Assembly (NCBI GenBank): GCA_944389225.1
Contig: CALXLP010000006.1
Span: 1-56,818, forward strand
DNA: 56,818 bases
Direction: 5' to 3'
Source of the DNA: an uncultured Clostridia bacterium
GTDB taxonomy: Bacteria; Bacillota; Clostridia; TANB77; CAG-508
This document shows, in pieces, positions 30,696 through 38,799 of this stretch. Both the position numbers and the translations under genes were made by a program. The first letter of the stretch is position 1, and each line of letters opens with the position of its first letter. A model generated the notes under the pieces. It ran no database searches. It had not been told where the DNA came from and was given only the letters and a program-made list of their open reading frames with translations.

Positions 30696-31493
30696 TTATA
30701 TATACCTTTCTATATCATAAAAATTATTTTCTTCTGTTAACACAATGTCAAAGTTCTTTTTATACACTTCCAAATTTTCTGTAACATTCTTATTTAAAAA
30801 CCCTATTTTTAAAGATTTATTTTCTGGATATTCTCCCATCATATGAATATCTTCAACTAAATCCCCAATCACAATTCTATATTCCTTTTCCTTTATTCTT
30901 TCTTCTACTTTTAAATCTCCTAATTTATCTATATTTTTATTTAATGTATGAATAATATTATCAGAAAATTTTATCATATCTCCATTTTCGTCAAACTTTA
31001 TAAAATTACCAATAATTGTTATGTTGTTATAATAACAATTGTTTTCTTTTAAAAATTGTTCTATTACATTTCCAATACCTGCTGAAAAGATAATTACTGG
31101 TATTTGATTTTCATATAATTTAGAAAGAAAATCTTTTGCTCCTTCTCTTAATTTTAGATAACTATTACTAACGCAATTTTTTAGTTTTTTCCTTGTAAGA
31201 TGATATGTATAATATAAATTCATAGAATTTGTATACCATTCTAACATATATTTTTCTTTTTCTTTCATATCTATCGTATAATCTAATTCTATTGGTCCAT
31301 ATTTTTCATAAAGCTTATTTAAATCATTAGCTATTTCCTGCCCCATTGCCTTTTTATTGGCACTAGTTGCCCAAGAGTCTTCACTATCACTTGATGTAAT
31401 TGTCTTATCATAATCCATGAAAACACATATATTATCTTTATTCATTTTTTCTTTTAGTTCTCTTATTTTGGCTTCATTATTTAGATATATCAT
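30696..31493 (-). CDS. Pyrimidine 5'-nucleotidase (UMPH-1/cN-III-like HAD)
   Basis: DYDKTIT, EKEKYMLEWY, LREG, FSAGIG, IHTLNK, IGDLVEDIHM, LKIGFLN. Confidence 0.82.
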   Translation of the reverse strand: MIYLNNEAKIRELKEKMNKDNICVFMDYDKTITSSDSEDSWATSANKKAMGQEIANDLNKLYEKYGPIELDYTIDMKEKEKYMLEWYTNSMNLYYTYHLTRKKLKNCVSNSYLKLREGAKDFLSKLYENQIPVIIFSAGIGNVIEQFLKENNCYYNNITIIGNFIKFDENGDMIKFSDNIIHTLNKNIDKLGDLKVEERIKEKEYRIVIGDLVEDIHMMGEYPENKSLKIGFLNKNVTENLEVYKKNFDIVLTEENNFYDIERYI

Positions 31494-31519
31494 AAATTTT
31501 CTCCTTATAAATAATACTA

Positions 31520-32434
31520 TTATAATAAATTAATCTGTTCTTCTGTTAAATTTGTTATTTTTTTTATTAATTCTATATCTAATCCTTCTTCTTTCATTTT
31601 TTTTGCTATTTTCTTTTTTTCTTCCGTCTTTCCTTCAGCTTTTCCTTCTTCCATTCCCTTTCTTCTTGCCTCATTTATTTCTGTATTATATGTTAATCTA
31701 CTTCTTTCTCTGATTTCATATAACTCTCTTTCATATTCATCTGCACTCATTTGTGTTAATTGTTCTACTGCTTCTTTAATTTCTTCATTTTCATTTTTAT
31801 ATTCTTCCATCATTTTTTCATCGCCCCCAATTACATATAACCATTTTTCTAGCAAATCTGCCACTTTTGGTTTCTTTTTCTTAAACTTTGGTAATTCAAT
31901 AATATAGTATTTTACCATGTCTGTTAAATATTCTTCCTCTTTTTCATATCCTATATTAACATATCTAATTTCTTCTGTTTTCTCATACTTTAACATGGCT
32001 AAACTTAAATATGCATTTCGTTTTACAACATTATCATTTATAATACATATAACAATTGTATCTTTTGCTTTTTTATATTCTTCTGATACTTTTATTTCTC
32101 CTGCTATTAATTTTGCATTATATACCACTAATCTTCTTTCTATGGCCGTTGTATTCCCCACTTGTAATTTAATATCTATCATTGTGTTATTATTTATTTC
32201 TGCTTTGATATCTAAGATACTTAATTTCTCCTCTATTGCTTCTTTAGGTATTTCTGGATTTTTTATTTCTATCTTTTGTATATCAATTTTTAATATTGCC
32301 TCTAATAAACTTTTTAGAATTTTTTCATTGCCACCTTTTCCAAATATCCTTTTAAATACATAATCATTTGATAATGGTAACATATTTACTTCTTTTATTT
32401 TATTTAAGTTGCTCATGTTTTTTTCTCCTTTCAT
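31520..32434 (-). CDS. Rpn/YhgA-like PD-(D/E)XK nuclease family protein
   Basis: NDYVFKRIFG, LDIKA, IELPKF, C-terminal EEGKAEG...IAKKMK...IKKITNL. Confidence 0.85.
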   Translation of the reverse strand: MKGEKNMSNLNKIKEVNMLPLSNDYVFKRIFGKGGNEKILKSLLEAILKIDIQKIEIKNPEIPKEAIEEKLSILDIKAEINNNTMIDIKLQVGNTTAIERRLVVYNAKLIAGEIKVSEEYKKAKDTIVICIINDNVVKRNAYLSLAMLKYEKTEEIRYVNIGYEKEEEYLTDMVKYYIIELPKFKKKKPKVADLLEKWLYVIGGDEKMMEEYKNENEEIKEAVEQLTQMSADEYERELYEIRERSRLTYNTEINEARRKGMEEGKAEGKTEEKKKIAKKMKEEGLDIELIKKITNLTEEQINLL

Positions 32435-32917
32435 TCTATCAAATTAATTTCTTTTATTCAATAAATCTATTTGAATTTATTAAATGCATTTAGAGCTTTT
32501 TGTTCATATTTTATTTATTTCTTTTTATACATGAAAAATTTATCTTTATCTTTTCTTCTCATAAACTCTATTTGTATTTATAGAAAATTTGGTTTTTTAT
32601 AACATCATAATTAAGCTAAATGTCAAATTATTGATATACAAAATATTAAAACTTCTATAATGGATTTTTAAATGAAATATAAATCTAGATATAAAAATAA
32701 TTTAAAATTAATTTTTAACACAGAATACATAAATGAACTTTTTAAAATGTTTGAATAAAATATTTTATTTTTATAAATATACTCGTTATTTAAGAGCAAA
32801 CTATAAAATTTAACTTGAATATAAATATATTTTAATAAAGGCTTACAAATAAAAAATCTCTAATTGCATTTCCATTATTTTACAATACAATTAGAGATTT
32901 TTCAATATTTTATTTTC

Positions 32918-34447
32918 TTATTTTTCAAATGTTGGTAATCCATTAGCATCTAATTTCCAATTATATAGTGTTACTCCTTTATCTTTATAATCATTTTTAT
33001 GTGCTTCTACATATGCATTTAATTTATCTATTATGCTTTTATCTCCTTTAGAAAATGCTATAGAATTTTCATTTGCTACCACGTTCTCATTTATTATAGT
33101 ATCTAAATAATAACAACTATCTAAATTTACGGTTGCTCCTCCCCATACACAATAGAAATTATAACTACTTCCACTTGGTTTTGAGATTGTTCCTAAGCTG
33201 CATGTATTTATAATATTTCTAGTTCCAGTATTATATGCTCCTCCAATTATTCCACTTGTTCTGCTCTTTCCTATTATTTCCCCTAAATTATAACAATTTA
33301 CTATAATCGTATTTCCATTAATATCATCAAAATTAATAATTCCTCCAACACTATCTCCTTGAAGATTTGCTAAATTACAACAATTTATGATTTCTACATT
33401 TCCCCATACTGAGCCGACAATTCCTCCTAAAGAACTACTACTGTTTATATTTCCAGAAATACATAAATTATACAATTTACTTCCAGAAGCTACTCCTGTT
33501 ATTCCACCGCCTCCTTGACACTCATAATATACATTTACTAAACTTAAATTTTTTAAAGTAGCCGTATATATTGTGTTAAATAGTCCTCCTCCATTTTTTG
33601 TATTCTCATATAAATTCTGAATTTCATGATTTTGTCCATCAAATATTCCTGCAAACATTAAATTTCCTGAACCTGTATTTTCACTAATGGGTACAAATCC
33701 AACTCCATTTCTATCTGTTAATAATTCTCTTAAATTTTGTGTACTATTTTCGTCTATCACATATGCTTCTTCCTCTTCATCATAACGCCATCCAATAGAT
33801 AAATCCGCGTATGATACTGTTGAATTAAAGTTTAAGTTCTTTGTTAGTATAAAATTTTTACCTGAAAATGTATTTCTTACCGCTTCTTTTATTTCTCCAT
33901 TTTCTATATAATTCCCTTTTCCTCTTGATATATTAGACAGTACCACTAAATCTTCTATACATGAAATTTCATATGGTTTTTCTTCACTTCCATCCAATGT
34001 TTCTCCATTTTCTCCTATCGTAAAATCTCCTGGATTTTCATCTTTATTAATCGTATATTCTCCTTCTACATTTCCATCTTTGTCAACTATATAATATCGA
34101 TTACTATCAATAAATATAACCTCAATTCCATCTCCTATATCTGTTGCTTCTGTTTTTCCTTCTCCTGTTTCTTTATCTAACTCACTTTGTAATTCATTTT
34201 CTTCTATATTTCCATATTTGTTATTTCCCATTGCTTGTACAGTTGCTTTCTCTACAATTTCTTTTTCATTGGCTATTTCTGTTTCTTCTTTTGCTCTACC
34301 TGCATTTCCAATAATTCCATTATCCCCTGTTATCGCACTTATGGTAATTCCTGCTAAGATTAATAACACGATAATAGTGATAACTAATGCCAATAATGTA
34401 ATTCCTTCTTGATTTTTTATTTTACTTTTTTGTATATGTTTTTTCAT
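32918..34447 (-). CDS. Type IV pilin-like protein with GLUG-like/beta-helix adhesin domain
   Basis: NQEG|ITLLALVITIIVLLILAG; first ~170 aa closely match 441..1976; divergent C-terminus. Confidence 0.85.
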   Translation of the reverse strand: MKKHIQKSKIKNQEGITLLALVITIIVLLILAGITISAITGDNGIIGNAGRAKEETEIANEKEIVEKATVQAMGNNKYGNIEENELQSELDKETGEGKTEATDIGDGIEVIFIDSNRYYIVDKDGNVEGEYTINKDENPGDFTIGENGETLDGSEEKPYEISCIEDLVVLSNISRGKGNYIENGEIKEAVRNTFSGKNFILTKNLNFNSTVSYADLSIGWRYDEEEEAYVIDENSTQNLRELLTDRNGVGFVPISENTGSGNLMFAGIFDGQNHEIQNLYENTKNGGGLFNTIYTATLKNLSLVNVYYECQGGGGITGVASGSKLYNLCISGNINSSSSLGGIVGSVWGNVEIINCCNLANLQGDSVGGIINFDDINGNTIIVNCYNLGEIIGKSRTSGIIGGAYNTGTRNIINTCSLGTISKPSGSSYNFYCVWGGATVNLDSCYYLDTIINENVVANENSIAFSKGDKSIIDKLNAYVEAHKNDYKDKGVTLYNWKLDANGLPTFEK

Positions 34448-34497
34448 TTTTTATACCTCTTTTCTACATTTTCTTTTGTTTTTAAACTATTTTTTAT

Positions 34498-34705
34498 TTT
34501 CTTTTAGTTTCTTACTCTAAGAAATTGATAATATCTTTCTAACTATTGTTATTGATAGATTTATAGGTATAAACTATAGTAAAAAAGTCTTTCATTTTTT
34601 ATAAAAATTTATCGTTAATTTAAAGAAAATTTTTATTGACATATCCTTACTTTATTGATATGATTTGTATACAAAAGGATTCTTAGAGTAAGAAACTCTA
34701 GGGAT
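34498..34705. promoter_or_regulatory. Putative invertible promoter switch 4 (OFF orientation)
   Basis: Left TTTCTTTTAGT-TTCTT-ACTCTAAGAAA (34498-34524); right ATTCTTAGAGT-AAGAA-ACTCTAGGGAT (34679-34705)+T-tract; perfect 18-bp IR 34506-34523/34680-34697; promoter TTGACA(34636-34641)-17-TGn-TATGAT(34659-34664). Confidence 0.78.
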
Positions 34706-34793
34706 TTTTTTGTTTTATTATCAAAATTTTATATGATATATTGTAATTTTATTTTAATCTTGTTATAATGTGGTTACATAATATAGAAAGGAG

Positions 34794-35096
34794 ATGATCA
34801 TTATGTCTGATGCACAACTTCAAGCCATAAAAGATGTTATAAAAATGACACCTAGGTTAAATTTAGAATGTTTAACCTCTATCAAAGTTTTAATGGAAAA
34901 AGCAATTGATTCAGAGCTTTTAAGATTAGAACCAACTGTTCTTTTGGATAACATGGATATCACTGAAAAAGTAATGTATTTAGACTATTTGAACGAAAAT
35001 CAAAAAACAAAAGAAAATGAAGAAGAAAACGCAATATCTTTTGAAGAAATCCTAAAAAGAGAGGGGTTGACATTTGATGACTTGAATCATATATGA
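34794..35096 (+). CDS. Probable type II antitoxin (RelB-like), 3' end fused to toxin remnant
   Basis: Acidic small protein ending AISFEEILKREGL; own promoter (TGn-TATAAT ~34764); followed by relE C-terminal fragment. Confidence 0.55.
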   Translation: MIIMSDAQLQAIKDVIKMTPRLNLECLTSIKVLMEKAIDSELLRLEPTVLLDNMDITEKVMYLDYLNENQKTKENEEENAISFEEILKREGLTFDDLNHI

Positions 35097-35163
35097 ATTA
35101 AATCAAAATAATCTTATTATTCTTATAACCAAAGCCTCTAATAGAGGTCAAATCTATAAATAA
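35086..35163 (+). pseudogene. RelE/ParE toxin C-terminal remnant
   Basis: IIYELNQNNLIILITKASNRGQIYK* resembles the typical RelE C-terminus; no start. Confidence 0.6.
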
Positions 35164-35382
35164 TTATTTCTTATTTTTAGTTTTATTTTTCAAAATTTAT
35201 ATTAATATTTTATATGATTTTACATCTTATTCATTATATATGTAATTAATCTTAATTTTTATTTTTTATCCTTTTTATTTCCTTTTGATTTATATTTCTT
35301 AAAAAAACTCGTAGAACTTTATCTTTTTTCTTTGTTGTGCTATAATGCAAATATAAATTTTATAGAGATAGGAGCATGACAA

Positions 35383-36699
35383 ATGAAAAACTTTTTTATT
35401 GTACTTGCAATGAAACTATTAAATATTGTACTAAAACTATTTGGAAAACATGGTGGTAATTTTTTAGGAAAAATCGCTTTTGATTGGAATCCAGAAATTT
35501 TTAAGTATTTTAAAGTGAACTGCCCTGTTATTGCTGTTACAGCAACAAACGGAAAAACTATGACCAATAATGCGATTGGATATGTTTTTCAAACTGCCGG
35601 AAAGAAAGTCATTAGTAACAAAGAAGGAAATAATATGGAAACTGGCATTCTTTCTACTTTATTAAAAACATGTAGCTTAACAGGAAAAATCAAAGCTGAT
35701 TATTTGGTTTTTGAAGTAGATGAAGGATATGTACCAGTTGTATTTAAAGATTTTCGACTAGATACTTTAGTTATCTTAGATTTCTTTAGAGACCAATTAG
35801 ATAGAAATGGTGAAGTAGAATCCTTAATTTTGAAAATCAATGATTTTCTAAAAACATATACTGGAAATTTAGTTTTAAATAATGATGATCCAAATGTTGC
35901 CAGATTAGGAATGGCAAATCCGAATAATGAAAACATCTATTATTTCCATGTTGATAGATATCCATATGCAACAGATAACATGAAAGAAGCTGGAGAAGGA
36001 AAATTTTGTCCATTTTGTAAGACACGTTTGGAATATGAATATTATCAATATTCTCATATTGGAAAGTTTACTTGTCCTAATTGTGGATATGGTGATAATG
36101 AAATTTATAAAGAAACAAAAAATATTAATTTAAATGATATGACTTTTGAAGTGGATGATATTTTGTATAAAATTAAATCAAATAGTATTTATATTATCTA
36201 TAATTTTACAGCCGTTATTTCTTGTTGTTCTTTATATGATATTGATACCAAATATATACAAGAAGCTTTGTCTAATTTTGAATTGAATAATGGTAGATTA
36301 GAAAAATTAGTCATTAAAGACGCTCCTACGATTATAAACTTAGCTAAAAATCCAACTGGTGCCAATGTCAGTTTACGATTGTTAAATGAAGATGATGAAG
36401 AAAAAGAATTATTATTTGTTTTGAATGATAATAAAGCAGATGGATTTGATGTTTCTTGGATTTGGGATATTAATTTTGATAATTTAAATAATGTGAAAAG
36501 AATTGTAACTGCTGGAACAAGAGGTTATGACATTGCCATTAGAATAAAAACATCCGGATTTGATGCAAATAAAATAGAAGCATATTTAGACCTAGAACAA
36601 GCAGTAAAGGCTTTATATACCAACACAACAAAAAAATATGTTATTGCAAATTATACTTCTTTACAACCTACTAGAACAGAAATTTTAAAATTAAAATAA
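35383..36699 (+). CDS. murT: Lipid II isoglutaminyl synthase subunit MurT
   Basis: TATNGKT, EVDE, FRDQLDRNGE, CPFC..CPNC Zn finger, KNPTG, DGFDVSWIWD. Confidence 0.92.
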   Translation: MKNFFIVLAMKLLNIVLKLFGKHGGNFLGKIAFDWNPEIFKYFKVNCPVIAVTATNGKTMTNNAIGYVFQTAGKKVISNKEGNNMETGILSTLLKTCSLTGKIKADYLVFEVDEGYVPVVFKDFRLDTLVILDFFRDQLDRNGEVESLILKINDFLKTYTGNLVLNNDDPNVARLGMANPNNENIYYFHVDRYPYATDNMKEAGEGKFCPFCKTRLEYEYYQYSHIGKFTCPNCGYGDNEIYKETKNINLNDMTFEVDDILYKIKSNSIYIIYNFTAVISCCSLYDIDTKYIQEALSNFELNNGRLEKLVIKDAPTIINLAKNPTGANVSLRLLNEDDEEKELLFVLNDNKADGFDVSWIWDINFDNLNNVKRIVTAGTRGYDIAIRIKTSGFDANKIEAYLDLEQAVKALYTNTTKKYVIANYTSLQPTRTEILKLK

Positions 36700-36710
36700 G
36701 GAGATCAATC

Positions 36711-37451
36711 ATGAAAGAATTAAAAATACTATACCTATACCCTGATATGTTAGAATTATATGGTGACTATGGAAATATACAAGTATTAAAATATAGACTT
36801 GAAAAACGAGGATTTAACTGTATTGTTGATAGATACTCTATTGGTGATGAAAAACCAGATTTTAAAAGTTATGATATCATCTTTGCAGGTGGAGGAGCTG
36901 ATAATGAACAAAGTATTTTATCTGAAGATTTGATAAAATACAAGGATGACATTAAAGAAGCTGAAAATGAAGGTGTATTCTTTTTATTAATTTGTGGTGC
37001 TTATCAATTATTTGGTAAATATTATAAAGGTGTTGAAGGAAATATCATTCCTGGTTTAGAAATATTTCCATATTATACAGAAGCTATCGCAGATAGAAAA
37101 AAGAGATGCATTGGAAATATTGTTCTTAATGTCAATTTAAATGGTAAAGATTCAAAAGTTATTGGATTTGAAAATCATGGTGGACAAACTTATGACATTC
37201 CTACACCTTTTGGAAAAGTTTTATTTGGAAATGGAAATAAATTTGGTGATACAGAAGAAGGGTTTTTTAAAGAAAATGTTATCGCTACTTATTTACATGG
37301 ACCTCTTCTTTCCAAAAATCCAGAAGTCACAGATTATATTATAAAGCGTTGTTTAGATAGAAAATATCAGGAAGATATTACATTAGAACCTTTAAATGAC
37401 GAATTTGAAAATTTATGTAGAAAACAATTATTAGATAGATTTTTAAATTAA
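36711..37451 (+). CDS. gatD: Glutamine amidotransferase GatD
   Basis: LYGDYGN, ICGAYQ, GFENHGG, TYLHGPLLSKNP. Confidence 0.92.
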   Translation: MKELKILYLYPDMLELYGDYGNIQVLKYRLEKRGFNCIVDRYSIGDEKPDFKSYDIIFAGGGADNEQSILSEDLIKYKDDIKEAENEGVFFLLICGAYQLFGKYYKGVEGNIIPGLEIFPYYTEAIADRKKRCIGNIVLNVNLNGKDSKVIGFENHGGQTYDIPTPFGKVLFGNGNKFGDTEEGFFKENVIATYLHGPLLSKNPEVTDYIIKRCLDRKYQEDITLEPLNDEFENLCRKQLLDRFLN

Positions 37452-37522
37452 AAAAGGGATTTTGGGGACGGACTCATTTTTCCCTTTTTATATATAATAA
37501 GAATCTTGCTATTTAAGACAAT

Positions 37523-37574
37523 AAAATCCCGGGCGAAATCATCTGATACTACCAAACGATTTGCCCGGGATTTT
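37523..37574. terminator. Bidirectional intrinsic terminator
   Basis: aaaatcccgggcgaaatc...gatttgcccgggatttt between convergent gatD and 37592..37942. Confidence 0.7.
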
Positions 37575-37591
37575 TGTTTGGGTAAATGAAC

Positions 37592-37942
37592 TTATTCCTT
37601 AGGAATCATCTCATATACTTTTGACGCTTGGATTTCTGTGCTTAATCTGTCAATTATCCTTTTTTCTGCATCTAGCATATAATACGCTCTGGCTTTTGAA
37701 TTGCAATGTTCTTTCAATATTGCTTTTGTTAGCTCTCTTATAGCTTTAAGAGTAGCTGATATTTCATCATGTTCATCCTTAACAAGTTCTTTTTGTACAA
37801 ACTCTTCATATGTGCTAGATGCCTTTAAGCTTTCTTTCATCCGATTCAAAAAATTATATGAATCTAAAAGCTCATTGCCAAGACCTTCTTGCTGCCTGAT
37901 TGCTTCCGTAATAAAATCATCCAATACTAATTCTTCACCCAT
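37592..37942 (-). CDS. Orphan hypothetical protein
   Basis: 116 aa, AGGAGG RBS, upstream TTGAAA/TATAAT-like promoter. Confidence 0.65.
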   Translation of the reverse strand: MGEELVLDDFITEAIRQQEGLGNELLDSYNFLNRMKESLKASSTYEEFVQKELVKDEHDEISATLKAIRELTKAILKEHCNSKARAYYMLDAEKRIIDRLSTEIQASKVYEMIPKE

Positions 37943-38199
37943 TTTGTTTTCCTCCTACTTATTATTAGTATTTCTTAATGTCACGAGTCTTTGCGTCTTA
38001 AATAAATATTAGGAATATTCTACAAATGACTCTGTAATATTATACTCTGTTTTTATTGATTTTTCAACCTTTCTTTCCTCTACCTGTATTTTCTCAGCAA
38101 TTTTCAAAAAATGAATTTCTTTTGTTTTTATATAAATATAAAAGTAGTTACATTCATTTCATTGAAACATAACTACTTTTTATAACTATTTAAAACAAT

Positions 38200-38721
38200 T
38201 TATAATTTAAACTCTACTGGTTTATGCTCTTTTAAACTTTCTTGAACATCTAATATTCTTTGATTTGAAGAACCTCTAAATCTAAGACTTAAATCCTTTT
38301 TATCTTCTTCAAACTTACCATCTACCATAACATCTATATATTTCAAAAGCTCTTTTGTTGTTTCATTATTAGGAGCCATTTTTCCGACAACATCTTTTTC
38401 AAAATCAAAGCCTGTATAACACCATATATTTTTGTTAGGAAATTTTTCTTTTACTTTTTTAACTAATGGTAATAATCCTTCTTGATTTTGTTTTTCTAAA
38501 GGCTCTCCTCCTAAAAGAGATAGTCCTGAAATATAGTCATGGTCTAAATAGTTAATTACTTGGTCTATTTGTTCATCTGTAAATTTATTACCATAATTAA
38601 AATCCCATGCACATTCATTAAAACAACCTTTACAATGATGATTACATCCACTGACAAATACGGATACTCTAACCCCTTCTCCGTTTGCTACATCTACTCT
38701 TTTTATATCTGCATAATTCAT
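38200..38721 (-). CDS. nrdG: Anaerobic RNR activating protein
   Basis: ANGEGVRVS, CNHHCKGC radical-SAM motif, FRGSSNQR. Confidence 0.95.
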   Translation of the reverse strand: MNYADIKRVDVANGEGVRVSVFVSGCNHHCKGCFNECAWDFNYGNKFTDEQIDQVINYLDHDYISGLSLLGGEPLEKQNQEGLLPLVKKVKEKFPNKNIWCYTGFDFEKDVVGKMAPNNETTKELLKYIDVMVDGKFEEDKKDLSLRFRGSSNQRILDVQESLKEHKPVEFKL

Positions 38722-38799
38722 ATTCTATCCCTCTTTTCTCCCTTTAGGTAAATTTTGGAACGTTTTGGCATATATCCCTAACGTTCCAAATTTCTTGTT

